Positions 28,431-37,096 of a stretch of DNA of 64,000 nt are shown here, piece by piece. The translations under genes and the position numbers were made by a program. The DNA is taken from the NCBI GenBank assembly GCA_963823335.1, contig CAWGLD010000004.1, positions 4,382 through 68,381 of the forward strand. Direction: 5' to 3'. Numbering within the stretch: position 1 is the first letter of the stretch; each line of letters opens with the position of its first letter. Source of the DNA: an uncultured delta proteobacterium (GTDB lineage: Bacteria; Desulfobacterota; Desulfobacteria; Desulfobacterales; B30-G6). The notes below the pieces were generated by a model. It did not search any database, was not told the DNA's origin, and saw only the letters and a list, made by a program, of their open reading frames with translations.

Positions 28431-28762
28431 GGATCATCTCCCAAAGAGTTGATCCAAATTAAGGATTCAAGGATTCCAGGGGCCCAGGGGTCGAGTGAGA
28501 TGAAGTGAGGTGCCAGCTAAATGCTTAAGAATTATAAAGAGTTAAATGTCTGGAAAAAAGCGTATAAACTTTGTTTGGATAAACGATGATATCCGGTGAT
28601 TTGGATTATATGAACAAGGAAAAGCTTCAGGGTTTAAGAGAGGCGCTTGGGAATGTAGAGAGAATGCTAAAAGCCATGATCACATCCCTGGAAAACAAAC
28701 ACTTGAATCCTTGAATCCTGGATTCCTTGAACCCTTTCTCCCAACTTATTGGGAGAAGATCC
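28431..28762 (+). mobile_element. Cassette copy C1: 4HB pseudogene with internal deletion, full termini
   Basis: GGATCATCTCCCAAAGAGTTGATCC...TCTCCCAACTTATTGGGAGAAGATCC. Remnants MLKNYKELNVWKKAYKLCLDKR* and, out of frame, GDLDYMNKEKLQGLREALGNVERMLKAMITSLENKHLNP*. Confidence 0.75.
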
Positions 28763-28785
28763 ATATATTTTAACGAGGTGAGTTA

Positions 28786-29019
28786 ATGGATGCCTTGGCA
28801 ATTGCAATTGTCTTATCATTAGTGGGTCTGCTGCTTCTTCTGTTTTTAGATATGCGAAATGTACTCTTCCGTAGAATAAATATAAAGCGTTCAAGAAGAG
28901 AACGACGTAAAAGTTTTATTGCTTCAAAAAACCGCATGAGGAGATCTGGTAATGATCGCAGACAGTCAGCGCAAAGCCTAAGTTATAGTAACGAAAAATT
29001 GAAATTCAGAGGTCTATAG
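28786..29019 (+). CDS. Hypothetical membrane-anchored, arginine-rich protein
   Basis: GAGGTGA RBS. One N-terminal TM helix, then RSRRERRK...RRSGNDRRQ. Confidence 0.35.
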   Translation: MDALAIAIVLSLVGLLLLLFLDMRNVLFRRINIKRSRRERRKSFIASKNRMRRSGNDRRQSAQSLSYSNEKLKFRGL

Positions 29020-29448
29020 TGGTTGAAATGCGGAACGGCAAAGAGCGCAGGCTCATAAAGAAAAGAGATGTGGCCGTACTTCTTCATACAGTGGCCCAGA
29101 AAGAAGGGCTATCAAGTACCGCAGAAGTGACAAAGACAGGAGGTTAAAAGATTAGGATTTCACATCATCATAGGGGTGCTTATTGTTGGGACATAAGAGG
29201 TACCCGTGATAGGATGATCTCTCTAAATATTTTAGTTTTGCCCATGGGCTGTGCTTGTCGCAGCCCTATTTATTTTGTTCATAAATTGACATGCCCAGCA
29301 GAATATGATCATTTAAAATAAATACCCCACAAGTATTAACCTGATTCTATTCAGAAATATTATTACATAAAATTCTTGTTTCAGCCGACACTACTATATC
29401 TGATTATCAAGTGCCATGGATAAAACACCTCAAAAGGAAGGCGATGAT

Positions 29449-30409
29449 ATGAGTAGGACAACGAAAAAACTTCTTGTAATAGTTCCTGTAATCATTCTTT
29501 TGGTCTTAATTTCCTGTTATTTTTTATTCCCAGGAGCTATCTTTAAAACTCTGGTAAAAATGGAAAGAAATGCGGCTGGTCTTGAACAAAGAAGCATAGA
29601 AGTGGGCAATCTGCACATCGAATATTTAGAAGGTGGCAAAGGGGAAGTGTTGGTATTACTGCACGGATTTGGTGGAAATAAAGACAATTGGACACGAGTG
29701 GCAAAGTATCTCACACCTCATTTTAGGGTAATTGCCCCTGATCTTCCAGGTTTTGGAGAAAGTTCAAGTGATATGGGGGCTTCATACACCTATGCCGCAC
29801 AAGTTGACCGACTGCATGAATTTATTAGGGCGTTAGAGTTGGGTGTATTCCATCTTGCAGGCAATTCGATGGGAGGTAATATTGCTGGCAATTATACAGC
29901 AAAATTTAATGATGAAATTAGTAGCTTGTGGCTTATTGCTACAGGTGGGATTATTTCATCACAACCAAGTGAACTGAGCCAAAGATTAAAATCAGGCGCC
30001 CGGAATCCTTTTGGTCGTGGAAAATACGGAAGAATACGATCAGCTATTAGATTTCATTTTTGTTAATATACCTCCTATTCCTGGCGCAATAAAACGGTAC
30101 CTCACTCAGGAAGCCATAGATCATCGTCCGCTTAATGAAATAATCTTTAAGCAAATTACATCTACTGATACTGATAATTTTGTTCCTCTCGAAGTGCTGC
30201 TTAAGAATGCGCAAACCAAAACCTTAATTTTATGGGGGGATAATGATAGAGTACTACATATGTCTGGAGCTAAAATTCTCGAATCAGTCATGCCAAATGC
30301 AAAAAGTGTTATCATGAAAAATATTGGTCATGTTCCTATGGTGGAAAAACCTCAAGAATCTGCGAATATTTTTTTGAACTTTATCGGGAAAAAGGACTCG
30401 CAAGTCTAA
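29449..30409 (+). pseudogene. Alpha/beta-fold hydrolase, frameshifted near 30005-30013 (or a sequencing error)
   Basis: HGFGGNKDNW and nucleophile elbow GNSMGG lie in ORF 29416-30066. The C-terminal WGDNDRV...GHVPMVEKP (catalytic His) lies in ORF 30011-30409, in another frame. Confidence 0.75.
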
Positions 30410-30921
30410 GTTGTCTTGAATTGAACTTGTGATGTGGATAGTTGGTACGATCCTACAGATGTATCAGTACTTTTGCTATACCCACCAAGATAGGGCGTTT
30501 GTCATAATAACCTTCCGATAGCGGCGGTTTTTTGAGCCCGCAAGGGAGTATATATGACATCTAATATGGCATATGGTTCCGTAAACGTCTAGTTTTTTTG
30601 TTGATGAAATCAACACCTAGCGGTTGTCACCATCTGAATAATTTCACCTGCACGTGCCCAAAACCTGCCTGATCGTAAATTAGACCAAACGGAATATATT
30701 TTAATGACAACCGCTATAAACTCATCCATATTTCCATACAATGTGACCTTTTATACATAAACCATTAACAATGGAAATGAATATCATTCCATGAAACTTA
30801 CTATTATAACTATAAATAATTGTATTTAAAAATGTCATTTATGATGGCATTATTATTGCTTATTAATAGGATAACTCACAATTGATGTGCTTAACATATT
30901 TAGGATAGGAGAGTGCATAAA

Positions 30922-31200
30922 ATGGAAGCAGCATATGACTTTGATGGATATAGAAGAATAAATGAAAGGAAAAACTACCATAAGGAAGTATCATTTTCCA
31001 CAGAATCGATGATTTTTCCTGCAACGATAAAAAATCTTAGCATGGGGGGCGCGCTTGTTGGCACCACAAGTATACCTAAAATAAAAACAGGGATAAAAAT
31101 AATTATTACTATTCCTTTTGCAAACAAACCAGGCTGTATGAAAAGAAAAGCAATAGTCTTGTGGGCCGAAAATGATCAATTTGGCATTCAGTTTATTTGA
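30922..31200 (+). CDS. PilZ-domain protein
   Basis: RRINERK (RxxxR-like) and NLSMGGAL (D/NxSxxG). GGAG lies 9-10 nt before ATG 30922. Confidence 0.75.
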   Translation: MEAAYDFDGYRRINERKNYHKEVSFSTESMIFPATIKNLSMGGALVGTTSIPKIKTGIKIIITIPFANKPGCMKRKAIVLWAENDQFGIQFI

Positions 31201-31367
31201 AAAATGCAAGAAAATATTCTGATTCTATTGTTACCAATGTATAACCAACCGGGGTGTCACTCATGAGATTGGCAGGCATAGATTGGCTGATTTTATCCAA
31301 GAAATAACCCGGCATGTGCGATTTAATGGTTAGATGGAACTTATCAGACCAATAGGAGAATAATTAA

Positions 31368-31518
31368 ATGTATTTTTACGATTTTCAATGTCAAGGATGT
31401 GGTTGGGACATGGAGAGATTGGTATCTCGCTATGTGATCGAGATTAAATGCCCGATGTGCGGCTACATGTCACAGAAACAGATGGCAGCACCCAAAAAGG
31501 AAAATTAAAAGGCCAATA
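31368..31518 (+). pseudogene. FmdB-type zinc-ribbon small protein, apparent 1-nt frameshift
   Basis: MYFYDFQCQGCG... stops after 25 codons. The second knuckle, IKCPMCGY...KGQ*, continues in the +1 frame from 31441. GGAG RBS upstream. Below the track's length cutoff. Confidence 0.4.
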
Positions 31519-31910
31519 ACGTAAGATTGTATTTACAATTCTCAAATCTGCGATACCTCCAAAACCTGTGATATTTATTATTCACATATCATGAAACGCC
31601 ATTTTCCGGTTAGGCTTCCTACGCCCCGTGAGGCGATGTCTCCCCGGCATCATGGCCGGGTGCCCACACTTATGAACGCTTCGGGCCGTTCATTATTCAC
31701 CACGGATTTCAATTTCAAAGAGCACAATGTTAATGAATCGCTTATCCCAAAAACAAAAATCATCAAAAAAATCGGAGCCAGATTATATATGTTACCAATG
31801 GGGGGTAGGCATTTGGCCCCCGGTAGTGGGCTATCAAAATATTTTTTTTATTGTTCTCTTGTCTTAACAGCATTGGTGATATCGGACGATATAAATAACG
31901 ATTGGAGAAA

Positions 31911-32834
31911 CTAAAAACGTGAGATGTGAGACGTAAGACGTGAGACGGGGAGCAGAGGGTATGTCGTCAAAACATCAATTTGATGAATCAGGTAATCAGA
32001 AAAAAAAGCGTCAGACCAAAGACTCAACTTATCTTGATGCGCTACATTCCTCAAGAATGGCTCAACGTCTTTTTTGGCCAGATCGAAATCAATCTCCTTG
32101 ATCTTGGCAGACAGCAGTTCAAGCAGTTTTTCTCTGGTCAACGCCTCGGAGGTATCAATATGACCTGTTTGCACCATCTTGTTTTTAAGAAATCCCAGAT
32201 CACATGGGGTATTGTTTTTCACAAACCAAACTAAATCATACCAATCCCGGCCCTTGATGTTGGTTCTCACGGTTCGGCACAATAGTGCATGCATTTTGCC
32301 GGCAAGCAGACAGGGCAGTGTCATGGTTTTAATGGTAAACGGAATCGGATTCAGATGATATTTGGTGTCACTGGCAAACCCTGTGACCGGATCTTGATCA
32401 ATTTCCAATTTGATCTTCATCACGGCATTTTTATGGGTTTTCAGATTTGAATCAATTTTTAATAAATGGATCAGTGTATTGGCTTTTATAAAAGCCGAGT
32501 CTACCGTGCTTTTATTCTTTTTGTTGATTTCTTCTGTGGAAACCTCAAAACCCCACAACGCCAGCTCTGATTTTACCGCTTCAAGATACTTTTTAAGGTT
32601 GAAGTCCTTTTCCGGCTGAATTAGAGAAAAATCTACATCCTCGGAGAAACGATCCAACTTGTGAAGAATTCGTAATGCGCTTCCCCCGTAAAAAACAGCT
32701 TTTTCATAAAATTTTGAACGCCATAAACCAAGCAGAATGATCTCCTGTATGATCTCTTTCAACGCATTTTCATGATCATGAATTGTGTGCAATTCATACC
32801 TGCGGAGCATTTGATCAACCTTATCATCAAACAT
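31911..32834 (-). CDS. AbiEii/AbiGii-family nucleotidyltransferase toxin (type IV TA / abortive infection)
   Basis: FYGGSALRILHKLDRFSEDVDFSL (the NTase motif of DUF1814). 8-nt overlap with the upstream antitoxin. The last roughly 12 codons run into a CGTGAGA word repeat. Confidence 0.85.
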   Translation of the reverse strand: MFDDKVDQMLRRYELHTIHDHENALKEIIQEIILLGLWRSKFYEKAVFYGGSALRILHKLDRFSEDVDFSLIQPEKDFNLKKYLEAVKSELALWGFEVSTEEINKKNKSTVDSAFIKANTLIHLLKIDSNLKTHKNAVMKIKLEIDQDPVTGFASDTKYHLNPIPFTIKTMTLPCLLAGKMHALLCRTVRTNIKGRDWYDLVWFVKNNTPCDLGFLKNKMVQTGHIDTSEALTREKLLELLSAKIKEIDFDLAKKDVEPFLRNVAHQDKLSLWSDAFFSDYLIHQIDVLTTYPLLPVSRLTSHISRF

Positions 32835-33444
32835 GGCCTTCCTTTACGCAGTTGACCAGCAGCTTTATGCCCTGCCTGCCATATACGGCTGAGATTTCTT
32901 CCAACAATGATATTTCAAGATTCCTGCCGCCACTGTAATCCAATCGCATCAATTCCAGGTATTCCTTCATTTCATTTTTTGTTGAAATATGAGGCTGTGC
33001 CGCTGTGATATCGCATAACGCTTTTTCAGGGGAAGCAATCAGGATATTTTTATGATCCCCTGCATCCTCAAGCCGAATACCAATATTGAACGCTGCCTTT
33101 GGACAATACAAATAAGAAAATCGGCCCACCTGAGTCTCAAACTGCTTTTTTCTTTTTGCCGTCATGCTGATGATGAGCTCAACACGCTCTGGTATCATGT
33201 CCCAGAATGCCAATGCAGTTTGACCCGTGATGTAAGACGGTCCATAAATCAGATTTGCCAAGACAAACTTGTTGTATGGCTTGTTATACACCTTGCCCAG
33301 TACGTAAAGCCCTTTTTTAACCCTTAAAATATCTTTATTCTGGATGAGACTTCGGATCTTGTCTCTGGGTTTTTTGTAATCCCTTAACGCGTGCAGCAGC
33401 AAATTGTAATCAAATTCCGCAGGTAGTTGTATTAAGTTATTCAT
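32827..33444 (-). CDS. AbiEi-family antitoxin (transcriptional regulator-like)
   Basis: 205 aa. N-terminal wHTH-like segment (IRSLIQNKDILRVKKGLYVL). GPSYITGQTALAFW is typical of AbiEi. Position is immediately 5' of AbiEii. Confidence 0.8.
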   Translation of the reverse strand: MNNLIQLPAEFDYNLLLHALRDYKKPRDKIRSLIQNKDILRVKKGLYVLGKVYNKPYNKFVLANLIYGPSYITGQTALAFWDMIPERVELIISMTAKRKKQFETQVGRFSYLYCPKAAFNIGIRLEDAGDHKNILIASPEKALCDITAAQPHISTKNEMKEYLELMRLDYSGGRNLEISLLEEISAVYGRQGIKLLVNCVKEGHV

Positions 33445-33700
33445 AGTTTTGCAACCAGTATGTCTAATTTTTTGGACATATTGGTTGACTATAAGGTAAT
33501 ATGAGTGAATTTGTCAATGAAAAAGTTCAGGTCGTCTATGCCCGGTGGTGTGAGAGAGGGGGGTCGTGAGGCCTCCCCTACTCGATACTGGATTGTGCAG
33601 CTTGATATATGGATGGTAACCTGTTTTTTTCATCTTGATCATCTCCAACAACCATGGCAGTATCTCAACAGCACCAATCCTCTTCCAAGGAGGTCCCACC

Positions 33701-33934
33701 ATGTCCAGCCACGCATCCAATGCTAAGCTACTCTTCACCAATTGTATCAATCTCAACTCAAGAAGCTGCCGGTATACAAAGAAACCTGAAACTATCCTGT
33801 CCCTGTTCAGCGATCCAGAAAATTTCGCGGTCAGTGATCAGAAGATTCACGAACTGAACGACATATGTTCCCAATGTGATTCATACCATATGCCTGACAA
33901 ATTAAAAGATTTGGATCATCTCCCAAAGAGTTGA
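33701..33934 (+). CDS. Small Cys-rich protein (CX8C...CX2C), 3' end replaced by insertion of cassette C2
   Basis: Strong AAGGAGG lies 8 nt before ATG 33701. The reading frame enters the element at 33913, and removing the element restores ...PDKLKDLQ*. Confidence 0.45.
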   Translation: MSSHASNAKLLFTNCINLNSRSCRYTKKPETILSLFSDPENFAVSDQKIHELNDICSQCDSYHMPDKLKDLDHLPKS

Positions 33935-34174
33935 TCCAAATTAAGGATTCTAGGATTCCAGGAGTCCAGGGTTCGAGTGAGATGAAGTGAGGCATCAGCT
34001 AAATGCTTAAGAAGTATAAAGAGCTAAAAGTCTGGAAAACAAACACTTGAATCCTTGAATCCTGGACTCCTTGTACCCTTTCTCCCAACTAACCCTCATG
34101 TCCGGGGCGGTCACAACGAAGGATGAAAATATTGATGAGAATGATGGCTATTTTCATATAAATTGGGAGAAGAT
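33913..34174 (+). mobile_element. Miniature cassette copy C2 (ORF deleted) with a nested 72-nt insert in the terminal hairpin loop
   Basis: Flanked by ATTAAAAGATTT on both sides (33901-33912 and 34173-34184, with the rightmost AT shared with the element end). Confidence 0.8.
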
Positions 34175-34259
34175 TAAAAGATTTGCAGTGACCGTTGCGA
34201 TTCGTGCTATTTATACTTGCCTTATCTGCTTCCTGTAACTATATTGGATGATTAATTTT

Positions 34260-34454
34260 GGATCATCTCCCAAGGAGTTGATCCAAATTAAGGATTCAAG
34301 GATTCCAGGGGTCCAGGGCTCGAGTGAGATGAAGTGAGGCATCAGCTAAATGCTTAAGAATTATAAAGAGTTAAAAGTCTGGAAAACAAACACTTGAATC
34401 CTTGAATCCTTGACTCCTTGAACCCTTTCTCCCAATCTAATTGGGAGAAGATCC
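34260..34454 (+). mobile_element. Miniature cassette copy C3 (same deletion junction as C2)
   Basis: GGATCATCTCCCAAGGAG...ATGCTTAAGAATTATAAAGAGTTAAAAGTCTGG|AAAACAAACACTTGAATCC...TTGGGAGAAGATCC. Flanks are TTAATTTT / ATAACTTTTT. Confidence 0.8.
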
Positions 34455-34481
34455 ATAACTTTTTACAGAGGAGGATAGACA

Positions 34482-34838
34482 ATGAAGGAGTTTGATGTAG
34501 CGCTGAAAGCAGTAGCAGAAGGTCTGAAAACCATAGCGCAGGGCATGGAGAAGATAGCTGAGAAATTGGAGGAAAGTGTTCCCGATAAACAGGCCAAGGC
34601 TCAGCCTGCGCGTAAACCTGCCAAAAAACCAAAGAAAGTACCGGCAAAGAAAGCTGTGAAAAAAACTGCGGCAGATGCAGTGTTGGCGATAGTCAACAGA
34701 TCAAAAAAGGGTGTCAATGGTGCGACTCTTGCGGAAAAGACAGGCTACGACAGCAAAAAAGTTGCCAATATTGTTTTCAAATTGAGGAAGCAGGGCAAGA
34801 TTAAGAGCGTTGGTCGGGGTGTTTACGCGAAGGCGTAA
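34482..34838 (+). CDS. Histone-H1-like lysine/alanine-rich DNA-binding protein with C-terminal winged-helix-like segment
   Basis: GGAGGA RBS. The central segment is KQAKAQPARKPAKKPKKVPAKKAVKK. Confidence 0.6.
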   Translation: MKEFDVALKAVAEGLKTIAQGMEKIAEKLEESVPDKQAKAQPARKPAKKPKKVPAKKAVKKTAADAVLAIVNRSKKGVNGATLAEKTGYDSKKVANIVFKLRKQGKIKSVGRGVYAKA

Positions 34839-35055
34839 ATAGTGGAAAATTCCGACGCTTTCTCTAACCATTCGCACGGATGGCAGTTGCTTGACAAAAA
34901 GGTCATTTTTATGTAGCATAAATGTTCCACTGTCTGGAATAATGCTTTTTAGGACACAAGGTAACTTGTTGCGGTTTTCATTAGAAGTTATCTCAAAAGA
35001 GTTTTTTGGCCCAGTTGATGACTTCTAATAAGATGCCTTATAGCCCGGTGAAACG

Positions 35056-35442
35056 ATGATTATCCATTTTTTAAAAAGACTTCTCACCCTTAGATTCCGT
35101 AAACGGCCGCGATTCAACGCACGGGACGGTGTGTATGTCATCATGGAAAACTCGGCCAGATCAAACCAGATCCACAACATCAGTATGGGAGGGCTGGCTT
35201 TTGATTATGAAGATACCGGTTATCTCATCGGACAAAGAGCCTATGAATTAAAAGTTATGAGTGACCAGAATCTAAAACTCGATCGCATACCCTTCAAGAG
35301 GGTTTCTGATTTTTCGGTGGGCGAAGTGTTGTATCCCTACCGGAAAATAAAGCGACAGTCTGTACAGTTTGGAGGATTGACGAGCTCCCAGAAAGTGCAA
35401 CTCAAGCATTTCATCAAAAACAACACCATCGGCAGGGCCTGA
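35056..35442 (+). CDS. PilZ-domain protein
   Basis: RFRKRPRF (RxxxR) and NISMGGLAF (NxSxxG). Confidence 0.75.
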   Translation: MIIHFLKRLLTLRFRKRPRFNARDGVYVIMENSARSNQIHNISMGGLAFDYEDTGYLIGQRAYELKVMSDQNLKLDRIPFKRVSDFSVGEVLYPYRKIKRQSVQFGGLTSSQKVQLKHFIKNNTIGRA

Positions 35443-35529
35443 ACACGACAGGGTGCCCTTAAATAATTGTATTTGTTAAGCAGGGCTGTTTGCGCTGCTT
35501 TTTTTTTGTAACGTTCCTCATGGTCCTAC

Positions 35530-35730
35530 ATGGAAAATATCGTTAATATTATCAAAACTATCCCCATCCTGATAGCCGCCATCCTGCTCGGCAACTGGTT
35601 TCTGTCTGAACTCAAACGTGCCAATGCAACCGGCAAACCCTGGTACACGGCCTATATTTCGATACCGGGATTGTTGATACTGCTGGCCATACTCGTAACC
35701 CCCCTAGTCCTATGGCTGATGTCACATTGA
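35530..35730 (+). CDS. Small two-TM membrane protein
   Basis: 66 aa with two hydrophobic helices. Overlaps the helicase start by 19 nt. Confidence 0.4.
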   Translation: MENIVNIIKTIPILIAAILLGNWFLSELKRANATGKPWYTAYISIPGLLILLAILVTPLVLWLMSH

Positions 35731-37085
35731 AAATCGTGCTGTCCAAAGACCTGAAGCTTTCCGATCTTCCCAAAGCACTCAAGACAGAACTCATCGGCAA
35801 ACTGACCATTCCCAATCCCAAATGGCTCGAAAACGCCAGAATGGGAAGATGGAACCGGAATGTTCCCAAACTGCTTCGCTTTTTCCACCGTTACAAAGAA
35901 ACTCTTTGGATTCCCAGGGGATACCTGCGACAGTTAATTATGATGTGCCGGCATTACAATATTTCATACCAGATGGAGGATCTCAGACGAAACCTGCCAT
36001 CAGCAAATTTTTCGTTTCAGGGTGAATTAAAACCTTTTCAGAAAAAGGCTGTCGACAAAATGCTCAGCAGAGATTTTGGGACGCTGAATTCACCTACAGG
36101 CAGCGGCAAGACCGTCATGGGTCTCTTTATGATCGCCCACAGACAGCAACCTGCACTGGTGGTCGTTCACACAAAAGATCTGGCCTATCAGTGGATTGAA
36201 CAAATTATACGCTTTTTGGGAATCCCGGAATCGCAAATCGGAATGATTGGATCCGGAAAAAAACAGATTGGGGATGCGATTACCGTCGCACTCGTCCAGT
36301 CCCTTTATCGTTGTGCAGATGTCGTATCAAAGAGGGTGGGGCACATCATCGTTGACGAGTGCCATCGGACTCCGAGCCGGACCTTCACGGACGCTGTGAC
36401 CGAATTTGATGCGAGATACATGCTTGGCCTGTCAGCCACCCCTTTTCGCAGGGACAACCTTTCAAATTTGATATTCTGGCATCTGGGTGATGTGCACCAT
36501 TCTGTGGACAAAGCCCATCTGATCGAGGAAGGGCATATTCTCGAAGCTGAAATTATCCTTCGTGAAACTGATTTCGAACCATACCACGACCCTGTGAACA
36601 GCTACAGCAAAATGCTGTTGGAATTGACCATGAACGATGAGCGAAACCATCTCATTGCATCGGACGTGGTCAAAGAGATTCAAAAGGGTGATGGCATCTG
36701 CCTCGTGCTTTCAGACAGAAAGAGACATTGTGAAACACTGCTGTCGCTTCTGCGGTATAAACATCGTGTGGAGGCCGATCTCTTGACGGGTGATCTGTCC
36801 AACGAGCAGCGGCAACACGTGCTTCAGCGGATCAAGGCCGGCCTGGTCCCGGTTGTAATTGCCACCGGCCAGTTGGTGGGGGAGGGGTTTGACTGCCCCA
36901 ATCTGACAACTCTTTTCCTGGCCACACCGATCCGTTTCAGCGGGAGGGTCCTTCAATATCTTGGAAGGGTTCTCAGGCCAGCGACCGACAAAAGAAGCGC
37001 CAGGGTCTACGATTATGTCGACGTCAAAGTCGGTGTACTCCAGTCCGCCGCAAAGCATCGGCAAAAAGTCTATGCAGGCATGTGA
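35712..37085 (+). CDS. SF2 DEAD/DEAH-box helicase (XPB/ERCC3- or type III res-subunit-like)
   Basis: Motif I SPTGSGKT, motif II VDECH, motif III LSATP, motif VI QYLGRVLR. Confidence 0.85.
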   Translation: MADVTLKIVLSKDLKLSDLPKALKTELIGKLTIPNPKWLENARMGRWNRNVPKLLRFFHRYKETLWIPRGYLRQLIMMCRHYNISYQMEDLRRNLPSANFSFQGELKPFQKKAVDKMLSRDFGTLNSPTGSGKTVMGLFMIAHRQQPALVVVHTKDLAYQWIEQIIRFLGIPESQIGMIGSGKKQIGDAITVALVQSLYRCADVVSKRVGHIIVDECHRTPSRTFTDAVTEFDARYMLGLSATPFRRDNLSNLIFWHLGDVHHSVDKAHLIEEGHILEAEIILRETDFEPYHDPVNSYSKMLLELTMNDERNHLIASDVVKEIQKGDGICLVLSDRKRHCETLLSLLRYKHRVEADLLTGDLSNEQRQHVLQRIKAGLVPVVIATGQLVGEGFDCPNLTTLFLATPIRFSGRVLQYLGRVLRPATDKRSARVYDYVDVKVGVLQSAAKHRQKVYAGM

Positions 37086-37096
37086 GTGGCAAATAA

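Noticed and set aside
30618-30716. 12-bp perfect inverted repeat TAGCGGTTGTCA … TGACAACCGCTA separated by 75 nt
   Set aside because: It is a single occurrence with no similarity to the cassette termini or to known att or operator sites that I can recognise. A match of this kind is plausible by chance in a 500-nt AT-rich spacer. Recorded for completeness only.
31591-31914. 107-aa plus-strand ORF in the AT-rich spacer before AbiEii
   Set aside because: No RBS and odd composition. Its end overlaps the AbiEii stop region and word array, so it is probably non-coding.
26800-34460. Possibility that the recurring hairpin repeats form a CRISPR array
   Set aside because: The repeats are of several unrelated sequence types, occur in both orientations, and are irregularly spaced (hundreds to thousands of nt). 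They are not separated by uniform spacers. No cas genes are present in the window.
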